DNA of 64,000 nt from the NCBI GenBank assembly GCA_903921205.1, contig CAIXPF010000020.1, positions 18,775 to 82,774 on the forward strand. The letters run 5' to 3'. Positions 28,871 through 37,635 of the stretch are shown one piece after another. Every line of letters begins with the position of its first letter. Within the stretch, counting starts at the first letter, position 1. A program made the position numbers and the translations under genes. Under the pieces are notes generated by a model, which saw only the letters and a list, made by a program, of their open reading frames with translations, made no database searches and was not told the DNA's origin. This stretch comes from an uncultured Acidimicrobiia bacterium (lineage in GTDB: Bacteria; Actinomycetota; Acidimicrobiia; Acidimicrobiales; CAIXPF01).

Positions 28871-29879
28871 GGGCCGACACGGTCTGATTGCCGGACGTGC
28901 TGCCTGCCACTGCGGTGGTGGTCGCCGGGCCCGTCGTGGCGACGGCCTGGGTGGCGCTGGTGGTCGGGCCGAGGGTGGTGACCGTGACGCTGCCGGGGGT
29001 CGGGCCCGGCAGTCGGGCGCCCGGAGCCTCGGCGCCCGCGTATTCCCCGATGCCGTCGATGACAACCGTGCGGGCGGTCGGTCCGGTGGACGAGGTGAAT
29101 GCCGCGGCCAGCGCACCGACCGCGAGCGCCGCAGCCGTTCCCAGCCCGGTCATCGCCAACACCCGCCGGCGCCCACGCCCGGGCTCGATCTCCGCCGTGC
29201 CCGCAGCGATCGCTGCCGGCGGTGACGGGACCGACGGCGCAAGGGGTACCGCAGGGGCGACTGCTACCGGCAGGGGGGAGATGGCGTCGGCGGCGGCGAT
29301 CAGCAGCGCCAGCAGCCCGGGTACCCGTTCGAGCGGCCGGTCGGGCTGGACGGTGTCGGCCAGTTCGCTGACCAGCCAAGTCAGGTCGACGGTACCGACC
29401 GAGTCGCGCCTCAGCTCGCCGAGCCGGTCGGTGAGGCTGTGGTAGAGCACCAGCTCCGAGCCACGGACCAGGGCGTGACAGGTGCGCACATCGGCGCGTT
29501 CGATGCGGCTGACTTCGTCGAGATCGAGCTCGCACAGGTACGCGAGAGCCAGGGCCGAGCGGAATTGCGCCGGGAGCAGCGCGAGGGCGACGAGGGTCTG
29601 ACGGATCGGACCCTCGCCGAGCGCGAAGGCCCGCCGCTCACCGGGCGCGAGCAGGCCGAGGGCCCGTGCCCGGGTGCTGACCAGGGCCTCGGTGGTGGCG
29701 GCGTGCGCCTTGCCGGTGCCGGTGGGCGACCGCGTCGCCGAGACAGCCGGGTCGAAGACCGCAGCGGCGAACTCGGGGTCGAGGGTGATGAGCGCGCCGT
29801 AGCGGTAGCGCCTGGCGGCCTCGGGGTCGAGGGGGGTCGCCGATGACGCTGCACCTGAGGTGTGCACGGCCGCATCCAC
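28509..29879 (-). CDS. Membrane-anchored protein: sigma-70 region-4-like HTH, one TM segment, Pro/Thr-rich extracytoplasmic tail
   Basis: 456 aa. GTG start with SD AAGGGGG 8 nt upstream. LPAQFRSALALAYLCELDLDEVSRIERADVRTCHALVRGSELVL fits the region-4 pattern. TM segment VLAMTGLGTAAALAVGALAAAF. The last roughly 120 aa are TTTEPP-like low complexity. Confidence 0.55.
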   Translation of the reverse strand: MDAAVHTSGAASSATPLDPEAARRYRYGALITLDPEFAAAVFDPAVSATRSPTGTGKAHAATTEALVSTRARALGLLAPGERRAFALGEGPIRQTLVALALLPAQFRSALALAYLCELDLDEVSRIERADVRTCHALVRGSELVLYHSLTDRLGELRRDSVGTVDLTWLVSELADTVQPDRPLERVPGLLALLIAAADAISPLPVAVAPAVPLAPSVPSPPAAIAAGTAEIEPGRGRRRVLAMTGLGTAAALAVGALAAAFTSSTGPTARTVVIDGIGEYAGAEAPGARLPGPTPGSVTVTTLGPTTSATQAVATTGPATTTAVAGSTSGNQTVSAPLGVTTTAAPWAGIVITVTTRPPAPPTTASPPPTTPPPATTLPPAPTTTAPPTTTEPSTTTTAAPTTTTTEPPTTTTSEPPPTTTTTTEPPPTTTTEPPAPPPTTTPPPTEPPPEPPPVA

Positions 29880-30008
29880 TGCTCAGGCCCCCTTCCCGCT
29901 CTCGCCGACTGCGCCCACCGCTGCCTGAACGATGGGTGAAGCGTACCGGTGTCCCTGTCGTTGCCACTGGTCGGCAGGGCGTTCTTTTCCGGGGCTACCC
30001 TGCCCGCC

Positions 30009-31022
30009 ATGGCCCGACGGAATCCCCGCGAACACGGAGAGTGGTTGGCCCGGACCGTGGAGGAAGCCCTCGAACCGGAGCTGCCCATCGTCGACCCCCA
30101 CCATCACCTGTGGACCCATGTCGAGCCTCCCTACCTGCTCGACGAACTGCGCGGCGACACCGGGGCAGGTCACCGCGTCACCGACACGGTCTTCGTCGAG
30201 TGCGGCTGGGCCTGGGATCGTGACGCCGCAGACCCGGTCATGGTGCCGGTGCCGGAAGTAGCGGCGGTAGCCGAACTGGCCCGACGCAGCGACGACGGGG
30301 CGGGTAGCCGCATCGCCGCCATCGTCGGCCACGCCGACCTCCGGTACGGGGCCGAGGCGGGCCGTGCGCTCGATGCGCTGGCCGAGGCCGGCGACGGCCG
30401 GTTCGTCGGTATCCGTCATGCAACGGCGTGGGACGCCGACCCGGCGATCCCCGATCACCGTACCGAACCCGGTCCGGGGCTCATGGGGGATGCGACCTGG
30501 CGTCGTGGCTTCGCCGAGTTGGCGTCGCGGGGACTGTCCTACGACGCCTGGCTGTACCACCCGCAGATCCCGGAGTTGGTCGAGTTGGCCCGGGCGTTTC
30601 CCGAGGTGCCGATGGTGTGCGATCACCTCGGCGGGCCGCTCGGCGTTCGGTCCTACGGCGGCCGCCGCAGCGAGGTGCACAGTCAGACCCGTGGCGCGCT
30701 CGAACAGTTGGCCTCCTGCCCCAACGTGACGCTCAAGCTCGGTGGTATCGGCATGGCGGTGATGGGCGACGGTTGGCACCGACGTGAGCAACCGCCGGGC
30801 TCCGGGGAGATCGCTGCGGTCTGGGGGCCGTTCATCCGGTGGTGCATCGACACGTTCGGCCCCGACCGTTGCATGTTCGAGTCGAACTTCCCGGTGGATC
30901 GCGAGTCGGTCTCGTACGTGGTGCTGTGGAACGCCTTCAAGCGCATGACCGCCGACCTCGGCGCCGACGACCGTGCCGCACTGTTCGGGGGAACGGCACG
31001 ACGGGTGTACCGGCTGGCCTGA
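30009..31022 (+). CDS. Amidohydrolase-2 family hydrolase (lactonase/decarboxylase-type TIM barrel)
   Basis: Track ORF 29949-31022 trimmed to ATG 30009. Motifs IVDPHHHLW, VCDHLGGP and MFESNFPVD. Confidence 0.75.
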   Translation: MARRNPREHGEWLARTVEEALEPELPIVDPHHHLWTHVEPPYLLDELRGDTGAGHRVTDTVFVECGWAWDRDAADPVMVPVPEVAAVAELARRSDDGAGSRIAAIVGHADLRYGAEAGRALDALAEAGDGRFVGIRHATAWDADPAIPDHRTEPGPGLMGDATWRRGFAELASRGLSYDAWLYHPQIPELVELARAFPEVPMVCDHLGGPLGVRSYGGRRSEVHSQTRGALEQLASCPNVTLKLGGIGMAVMGDGWHRREQPPGSGEIAAVWGPFIRWCIDTFGPDRCMFESNFPVDRESVSYVVLWNAFKRMTADLGADDRAALFGGTARRVYRLA

Positions 31023-31048
31023 ACCGCCCGGCTGGCCTGAACCGCCCG
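31013..31048. repeat. Perfect 18-bp tandem duplication spanning a stop codon
   Basis: GCTGGCCTGAACCGCCCG occurs at 31013-31030 and again at 31031-31048. The first copy contains the TGA of 30009-31022. Confidence 0.8.
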
Positions 31049-31110
31049 GCTGAGCTGAGCGGCGTGGCTGACCGGGACCGCCCGGTGGGCCGCGGCGCTA
31101 CCATCCGGCG

Positions 31111-32313
31111 ATGCTCGACGGGATCAAGGTGCTCGACCTCACGCAGTACTTCGCCGGCCCTTCGGCCTCGAGGTTGCTGGCCGAGCTGGGCGCCGACGTC
31201 ATCAAGGTCGAACTCGCCCCCGGTGGGGACCCGTCGAGGCTGCTGCCCGTCGGGCGTGACGGCCGCAGTGGCTACTACGTCCAGCAGAACCGCGGGAAGC
31301 GGGCGATCTGCGTCGACTTCGACCGGCCGGAGTCGTGGGCCCTGCTCACCCGGCTGGCAGGCGAGGTCGACATCGTGGTGGAGAACTTCGGTCCCGGGGT
31401 GCTCGAGCGGCGGGGGCTGGACTACGCGACCTTGAGTGCGCTCCATCCGCGGCTGGTGATGGCCTCGATCTCGGCGTTCGGGCGCAGCGGTCCGTGGTCG
31501 CACAAGGTCGGCTACGACCAGGTGGCACAGGCCGTGTCGGGGCTGATGGCCCTCACCGGTGAGCCCGACGGCACGCCGCTGTTCGCCGGCTTGCCGGTGG
31601 CGGACGGCTCGTCGGGGGTGCACGCCTTCGCCGGGCTTGGTTGGGCGCTGTTCCATCGGGAGCGGACCGGGCGGGGCCAGCACGTCGACGTCGCCATGGT
31701 CGACTCGTTGTTCTGCTGGCACGTGTTCGCCATCCAGGCGCACACCCTCACCAACGGCACGTTCCGCCAGGAACGCACCGGCGCCCATTCGCTGGCGGCC
31801 GCTCCGTCGGGGGTGTTCCGCGGTCCGGAGGGGTGGATCGTGGTGCTGGTGCTGGACCGGCAGTGGCCCAAGTTCTGTGAGGCCATCGGCCGTCCGGAGC
31901 TGGTCGACGATGCTCGCTATGCCACCGCCGCGGACCGGGTGGCCCGCCGCGACGAGATGAATGCGCTGCTCGAAGGTTGGATGGCCGGGTTCGCCACCGA
32001 CGAGGAGGTCATCGCCGCCCTCGACCGCCATCGGGTGCCCGCTGCGCCGGTGCTGGCACCGGAGGAAACCTTCGGCCACGAGTACTACGAGGACCGCGGC
32101 CTGATCGTGCGGGTCGACGATCCGATCCTCGGTGAGGTGGCGGTGCCGGGGCTGCCGATCAAGTTCTCGGACCTACCCCGTCGCGACCCGGTCGCAGCTC
32201 CGCTGCTCGGCCAGCACAACGCCGAGGTCCTGGCCGACCTGCTCGGCCTCGACGGCCCGGCCGTGGCGGCCCTGGTGGCTGACGGCGTGCTGCACGGCGC
32301 ATCGGACCGCTGA
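31111..32313 (+). CDS. Family III CoA-transferase (CaiB/BaiF)
   Basis: 400 aa. Motifs GIKVLDLTQYFAGPSA, GYDQVAQAVSGL and LGQHNAEVL. Confidence 0.85.
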   Translation: MLDGIKVLDLTQYFAGPSASRLLAELGADVIKVELAPGGDPSRLLPVGRDGRSGYYVQQNRGKRAICVDFDRPESWALLTRLAGEVDIVVENFGPGVLERRGLDYATLSALHPRLVMASISAFGRSGPWSHKVGYDQVAQAVSGLMALTGEPDGTPLFAGLPVADGSSGVHAFAGLGWALFHRERTGRGQHVDVAMVDSLFCWHVFAIQAHTLTNGTFRQERTGAHSLAAAPSGVFRGPEGWIVVLVLDRQWPKFCEAIGRPELVDDARYATAADRVARRDEMNALLEGWMAGFATDEEVIAALDRHRVPAAPVLAPEETFGHEYYEDRGLIVRVDDPILGEVAVPGLPIKFSDLPRRDPVAAPLLGQHNAEVLADLLGLDGPAVAALVADGVLHGASDR

Positions 32314-32461
32314 CGCCGCTGGCGCCCCGGCCGGTGGGTGGCAGGCGGACAGGTGCCCGGCGGTTCCCTTGCCGGCGGCGCCGCGCCCGGCACCCGGCCC
32401 GGCGACGGGGACCTATGCTGCGTGCTCGTCCGGCCCGCCACCCGGAACCCGAGGAGGCCCC

Positions 32462-33202
32462 ATGTCCACCGCCCGAGCCGCGGCGACCCCCGGCGCCAAG
32501 ATGATGTACCTCATCAAGGCCCGCCCCACGACCTCCCGTGAGGAGTTGGTGGCCCATTGGTTCGCGAACCACATGCCCCTGGTCATCGCCGCCCAGCACG
32601 CCGCGGCCGCCGCCGGGAAGCTGCATGCGACGCGGTACGTGGCCACGTTGTTCGATGCCGACCGCGACGGCGGCCGGGTCTGGGACGGGGTGGCGCAGCT
32701 GTGGTGGGAACGGGCCTTGCCCCGCCCCGAGCAGCCCCACGGCGCCGTGCCGACCGATTCCTTCCAGGAGAAGGCGGAGCCGTACGTGCCCTGGGCCACC
32801 ACCGAGTACGTGGTCCTCGACGGCAGCGAGCGCCTGCCGGTGGTGCCGCTGACACTGAACCCGCCGTTCCCGTGCACCCGCAGCGGCTTCCACAAGGTGA
32901 CCTTTCTGGTCGGCGCACAGCCGGGGGCCGACTGCCGGGCGTTGTTCGACCACTGGCTCGATGTGCACATCCCCAACGTCCGTTCGGTGATGGAGCAGGT
33001 CGGCGGGTTCCGCTACGTGGTGAGTCACAGCATCGAACCCGAGGCCGAGCCCTATGCCGGCATGGCCGAGCTGTACTTCCCCGACGCCGCCGCCTGGTCG
33101 CGTTTCCGTGACACCATCCAGCCGGACGGTATGGAGCGCTGGACCGACCCCTCGCGCACGGTGGTCTTGCGGGCCGGTACGGAGATGATCGGGATCTCGT
33201 GA
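32462..33202 (+). CDS. Tandem EthD-domain protein
   Basis: Track ORF 32132-33202 trimmed to ATG 32462 with SD GAGGAGG. It has two dimeric alpha/beta-barrel EthD-like halves (MMYLIKARP...W..H and HKVTFLVGA...HW..H..). The family call is tentative. Confidence 0.55.
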   Translation: MSTARAAATPGAKMMYLIKARPTTSREELVAHWFANHMPLVIAAQHAAAAAGKLHATRYVATLFDADRDGGRVWDGVAQLWWERALPRPEQPHGAVPTDSFQEKAEPYVPWATTEYVVLDGSERLPVVPLTLNPPFPCTRSGFHKVTFLVGAQPGADCRALFDHWLDVHIPNVRSVMEQVGGFRYVVSHSIEPEAEPYAGMAELYFPDAAAWSRFRDTIQPDGMERWTDPSRTVVLRAGTEMIGIS

Positions 33203-33314
33203 CCTTCGGCCCGACCGTCGGGCCCGATCGCCCGATCCCGAGCATCTAGGGTAGGACCAGGTCCGGGTCGCGGTTCGCGGCGGCGGGCGTGAGCGCTGAG
33301 CAGGGGGAACAGCC

Positions 33315-33758
33315 ATGGGTCGGATCGTCGTCGGCGTCGACGGGTCGGAACACAGCCGTCAGGCACTGCAGTGGGCGGCGGCCCAGGCCGTGGCCCAGCA
33401 GGCCGAACTCGAGGCGATCATCTGCTGGCACTACCCGGTGCTCGCGGCCGACGGGTTCAGCGGGGCGGTCGTGCCCATCGACGTCGAGGCCTTGAAGGAC
33501 AACGCCAGACAGACCCTCGACCAGGCCATCGATGCGGCCCTGCCCGACGACGCGGCGCGGGCCGCCATCGTGCGCACGGTGGTCGAGGGAAGCCCGGGTC
33601 ATGCCCTGGTCGAGGCCTCCACCGGTGCCGACCTGCTGGTGGTGGGTTCACGCGGCCACGGCGGGTTCGCCGGGCTGTTGCTCGGTTCGGTCGGCGCACA
33701 GTGCGTGCACCATGCGCACTGCCCGGTCACGGTGATCCGTCCCGACAAGACCGCCTGA
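33315..33758 (+). CDS. Universal stress protein (UspA family)
   Basis: 147 aa. Motifs IVVGVDGSEHS, LLVVGSRGHGGFAGLLLGSV and HAHCPV. Confidence 0.85.
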   Translation: MGRIVVGVDGSEHSRQALQWAAAQAVAQQAELEAIICWHYPVLAADGFSGAVVPIDVEALKDNARQTLDQAIDAALPDDAARAAIVRTVVEGSPGHALVEASTGADLLVVGSRGHGGFAGLLLGSVGAQCVHHAHCPVTVIRPDKTA

Positions 33759-33776
33759 GCGATCGCGCGACGGATC

Positions 33777-33968
33777 GTGCGCTGTCCGGTGTGTGCCCGG
33801 CCGACCCGGGCGATCTGTTCGTTCGCGGAGCACGTGGCCGTGCTCGAGGCGCCGAGCGGGTCGATCAGCACCCGTACCGAGCAACGGCTCGAACGCCGCT
33901 GCGGGTGGTGCGGCGCCCACCTCACGGCCTCCCGGGCGGTCGTGGTGGAGGACCTGCCGGCACTTTGA
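33777..33968 (+). CDS. Possible small zinc-ribbon protein (63 aa)
   Basis: GTG start 19 nt after the usp stop. Two CxxC pairs (C3/C6 and C42/C45). G/C third-position bias resembles that of neighbouring genes. I recognise no homology. Confidence 0.3.
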   Translation: MRCPVCARPTRAICSFAEHVAVLEAPSGSISTRTEQRLERRCGWCGAHLTASRAVVVEDLPAL

Positions 33969-34026
33969 GTGACCTCGGGGCCGTTCGGCGTGAGCTCATC
34001 GGTCGGCAAGCGGGCGTCGAAGGCAA

Positions 34027-35007
34027 TTGCCCCGACGCAGGTCGACCTGTCAACCTTCCCCGGTGACCGATCCCGTGGCCGTCCCGTCGACCGGGCCCGA
34101 GCCGACGGGAGTCGGCCTCGAGCTGCCCGTTCCGGTGGAGCGGTCCGAGGCGGCGCCGGGGGCCCTGCCCTATGTGGGGCTCGCCACCGTGCTGCTGCTG
34201 TGGGGACTCGGCCCGCCGGTCTCGAAGCTGATCACCGCGCCGCCGCTCACCGCGAGCTTCGCCCGGTTGTGGACCTCGTCGTTGGCGATGCTGGCGGTCG
34301 GTGTGGTCAGCGGACACCGTCCCAGCCGGGCGAGCATGCGGGCCAGCCTCATCGGTGGGGTGGCGTTCGGCATGAACTCGCTGGTGTTCTTCACCGCCTT
34401 GTCGAACGCCTCGATCGCCACCATCACGGTGATCGGATCGCTGCAGCCGGCGGTGGTGATGCTCGGGGCGTCCCGGCTGTTCGGCGAGCGGGTGAACCGG
34501 CGGGTCATCGCGTGGACGGCGGTCGCCATCGGCGGCGCCGTCGTGGCCGTGCTCGGAGCCGGAGCGTCGGTACACACCAATGCCCTCGGTGTGCTGTGCT
34601 CCATCGGGTCGCTGTTGGCGATGGGTGTCTACTTCCTGGCGTCCAAGCAGGCCCGGCGAACCCTGGGGGCCTGGGAGTACGTGACCGGCGTGATGTTGTG
34701 GGCGTCGATCCTGGTCACGCCGGTGGTGGCCCTCGGCGGCGGGCTCGGCCATCTCGACGCCATCGACCACGTCGACTGGTTCTGGCTGTTCGTGATGCTG
34801 ATCGGCCCGGGTGTGGGTGGCCAGTTGATCATGGGCTGGTCGGTGCGCTGGGTGCCGGTGTCGCTGTCGGCGATGATCCTGCTCGGTTCGACGGTGGTGT
34901 CGATCCTGGCGGCGTGGCCGATCCACGGCGAGCAGCCGACGGTCGTGCAATTGGTCGGCTGCACGATCACCCTGGGTGCGGTCGGCCTGATCCTCCAGGG
35001 CCGCTGA
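34027..35007 (+). CDS. EamA/DMT-family transporter
   Basis: About 10 TM segments and two EamA-like halves. The start is uncertain (TTG 34027 or GTG 34063). Confidence 0.75.
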   Translation: MPRRRSTCQPSPVTDPVAVPSTGPEPTGVGLELPVPVERSEAAPGALPYVGLATVLLLWGLGPPVSKLITAPPLTASFARLWTSSLAMLAVGVVSGHRPSRASMRASLIGGVAFGMNSLVFFTALSNASIATITVIGSLQPAVVMLGASRLFGERVNRRVIAWTAVAIGGAVVAVLGAGASVHTNALGVLCSIGSLLAMGVYFLASKQARRTLGAWEYVTGVMLWASILVTPVVALGGGLGHLDAIDHVDWFWLFVMLIGPGVGGQLIMGWSVRWVPVSLSAMILLGSTVVSILAAWPIHGEQPTVVQLVGCTITLGAVGLILQGR

Positions 35008-35073
35008 CCACGGCAGACAAACCCGGGACCCGCCCGCCGGGACCCGGTCACCCATGCCCGCCGGGGTTCCGGG

Positions 35074-36195
35074 TCATTCGATGATGCGGTAACGCAGCTG
35101 ACCCTCGACGGTGCGGGTGGTGGCCTTGCCGGTCTGGCGGAGGTACTCGAGGTGGGCGAAGGTCTCGCTGTCGGCCATCGGTCCCCACGAGTGCGGCTTG
35201 AACAGGTGCTTGGAGAACTCGGGCACCGTCATCTCGTTCTCGGGTGCGTGCACGGCGGCGTTGGTGAGGGTGTCGAAACGGCCCTGGTGATGGTCGAAGA
35301 TCTCCCGTGAGCGCCCGGCGAGGTCGTGGAACTCCAGGCCGTGGGCCGGCAGCACCGTGCGCACGTCGTCGATGGTGTACATCCGCTCGAGCGACAGCAG
35401 GAAGTCGCCCATCGGCCGTCGTTGTGTCGTGAGCCCCGAGATGTGAGGGGTGATCGTGGGCAGGAGGTGGTCGCCGGAGATGAACGTGCCGCCGACCGGA
35501 TCGAGCAGGCAGAGATGGTCGGCCGTGTGGCCGGGCGTGTGCACCGACACCCACTCGCGGTCGCCGAGGCTGAGCACCTGGCCGTCCACGACCCGGGTGG
35601 ACGGCTTCGGGGGCTGCCAGACCTTGCTCAGCAGCAGCGGCAGGACCCGCCACCTGAACCGGGCGCGCCACTCGTTGTCGGGTGGCGAGCCGCCCCACGG
35701 CACGGGCCGGTCCCAGGGCGAGTTCCGCTCCCGGCCGGTCACTTTCAGCAGGGAGCGTTCGATGGCGTTGAACTGCACCTCGTAGTCGGTGATCACGGCG
35801 ACCTCGTGGACGAGGTCGGACTCCTCGTGGGGATCCCAGTAGGTCTTGAAGTTGGCATGGGTGACCAGCTCGGCACCGGACACCTCGCGCACCCGCTGGG
35901 CTGCGCCGTAGTGGTCGGGATGGGAGTGGGTGACCACCACGGTGTGGACCCGCCGCATCGGCATGCCGACCTCGTCGAGCTTCTTGCGCAGCACCTGCCA
36001 CGAGCGCAGGCTCGGGGTGCCGGGATCGACCAGCGCCACCCCGTTGCGGTCCTCGATCACGTAGCAGTTCACGTGACCCAGACCGGGCATGTTCATCGGG
36101 AGCTGGATCCGCAGCACACCCGGGGCGACCTCTTTGACCTCGCTCTCCGGTGGCCGACGTTCCTCGCGTACCGGTGCAGTCATCTGGTCCCCCAT
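35074..36195 (-). CDS. MBL-fold metallo-hydrolase
   Basis: 373 aa. Motifs THSHPDHYG and TPGHTADH. Lies downstream of the P450 on the same strand. Confidence 0.8.
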   Translation of the reverse strand: MGDQMTAPVREERRPPESEVKEVAPGVLRIQLPMNMPGLGHVNCYVIEDRNGVALVDPGTPSLRSWQVLRKKLDEVGMPMRRVHTVVVTHSHPDHYGAAQRVREVSGAELVTHANFKTYWDPHEESDLVHEVAVITDYEVQFNAIERSLLKVTGRERNSPWDRPVPWGGSPPDNEWRARFRWRVLPLLLSKVWQPPKPSTRVVDGQVLSLGDREWVSVHTPGHTADHLCLLDPVGGTFISGDHLLPTITPHISGLTTQRRPMGDFLLSLERMYTIDDVRTVLPAHGLEFHDLAGRSREIFDHHQGRFDTLTNAAVHAPENEMTVPEFSKHLFKPHSWGPMADSETFAHLEYLRQTGKATTRTVEGQLRYRIIE

Positions 36196-36301
36196 GACGC
36201 CACACGGTACGGAGCGAGGGCGGCTCGGAGCGAAACGACGCCGGGCCCGAGCGCCCGGGGCCGTCGTGCGGACCCGCTCCGTCCGGGTGGGCCCGGGTCG
36301 A

Positions 36302-37510
36302 TCAGGCCTGGTTCAGGATGCGTGCGGGAATCCGGCGCGGTCCCCGGACCTGGCCGGGGGCGAGCAGGATGGCGTCGGGGTCGCTCAGCTCGAAGTCCGG
36401 GTAGCGGGCCAGGAACTCCTCGACCGCCACGATCATCTCCATACGGGCCAGGTTGGAGCCGAGGCAACGGTGGATGCCCAGACCGAAGGCGGCATGGCGG
36501 TTGGCCTGCCGGTCGATGATCACCTCGTCGGGCCGGTCCACGACCTCGGGGTCGCGGTTGGCGGCCGGGAACCCCAGCAGGACCCATTCGCCGGCCGTGA
36601 TCGGGCGGCCGCCGATCTCGGTGTCGGCCTGGGCCACCCGGGCGACCCAGACCGGCGGGTAGAAGCGGAGGAACTCCTCGACCGCGGTGGGGATCAGCGC
36701 GGGCTCGGCCGCCAGCCGGTGACGGTCCTCGGCGTGGCCGGCGAGGTGCATCAGCGAGAATCCGATGCCCGACCAGGTGGTGTCGATGCCGGCGATCAGC
36801 AGCAGGAACAGCATGTTCAACAGCTCGCGATCGGGGATCGGCTGGTCATCGATCCGCTGGTCGAGCAGGAAGGTCACCAGGTCGTCGCCCGGCTCGGCCC
36901 GTCGCTGCTCGAGCAGCCCTCGCATGTAGTCCAGCATGACGTTGCTGGTGTCACGGGCCACGTCGATGTCGGTCGGGCCGACCTCGAGCAGGTCGTGCAG
37001 CCAGACCCGGAACTGCGGCACGTCGGCCAGGGGCACGCCCAGCATGATGGCGGTCAGCTCGGCCGGGATGACCTGGGCGTAGTCGACTGCGAGGTCGATG
37101 TCGGTGCGGTCGCCGATGGTGTCGAGTGCCCGGCGGCAGATTTCGCGGACCGGTTCCTCCCAGCGCTTGGTGGCGACGGGGTTGAAGAACGGCAGCATGA
37201 CCCGGCGCTTGGCGGTGTGGTCGGGCGGGTCGCTGTTGATCGGGGGCAGTGGCAGGCCGGGGTGGCTGGTGGGCAGCTCGTTGATCACGATGCGGCGGCT
37301 GCTGAACTGGGAGGGGTCCTGGGCGGCGGCGGCGACGTCCTCCCACCGGGTGAGTACGTTCATCCCGCCGTAGCGGTTGCTGTGCGCCACCGGGGCGTTG
37401 GTCCGCAACGCCGACCAGACCGAGTCGGGGTCGGCGATGAAGGCGGCGTCGAAGTGGTCGAAGTCGGTGCTCCAGTCCTCGACGGGTGTGCGGTCCTTGA
37501 GCTCGGCCAT
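36302..37510 (-). CDS. Cytochrome P450
   Basis: 402 aa. I-helix AGIDTT, EEFLRF (ExxR), and heme loop FGLGIHRCLG. SD AGGGGGA. Confidence 0.9.
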   Translation of the reverse strand: MAELKDRTPVEDWSTDFDHFDAAFIADPDSVWSALRTNAPVAHSNRYGGMNVLTRWEDVAAAAQDPSQFSSRRIVINELPTSHPGLPLPPINSDPPDHTAKRRVMLPFFNPVATKRWEEPVREICRRALDTIGDRTDIDLAVDYAQVIPAELTAIMLGVPLADVPQFRVWLHDLLEVGPTDIDVARDTSNVMLDYMRGLLEQRRAEPGDDLVTFLLDQRIDDQPIPDRELLNMLFLLLIAGIDTTWSGIGFSLMHLAGHAEDRHRLAAEPALIPTAVEEFLRFYPPVWVARVAQADTEIGGRPITAGEWVLLGFPAANRDPEVVDRPDEVIIDRQANRHAAFGLGIHRCLGSNLARMEMIVAVEEFLARYPDFELSDPDAILLAPGQVRGPRRIPARILNQA

Positions 37511-37635
37511 GTCCTGGTTCCCCCTGTGGCACCGGTGTCCCGACCTGGTGCCGACCTCGGCATGGTACCGAATGGCGAGCGACGCGATCGTCTTGCGCGT
37601 GTGTTAGAACCGCCGCCGGTGCGGCGAGGAGGTCG

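Noticed and set aside
28048-28887. A Gly/Val/Ser-rich 279-aa plus-strand ORF (GGGSGGGSVGGGVVVGGG...).
   Set aside because: It is the antisense reading of the Pro/Thr-rich tail of 28509-29879. The minus-strand gene has a supported start, a TM segment and an HTH-like domain.
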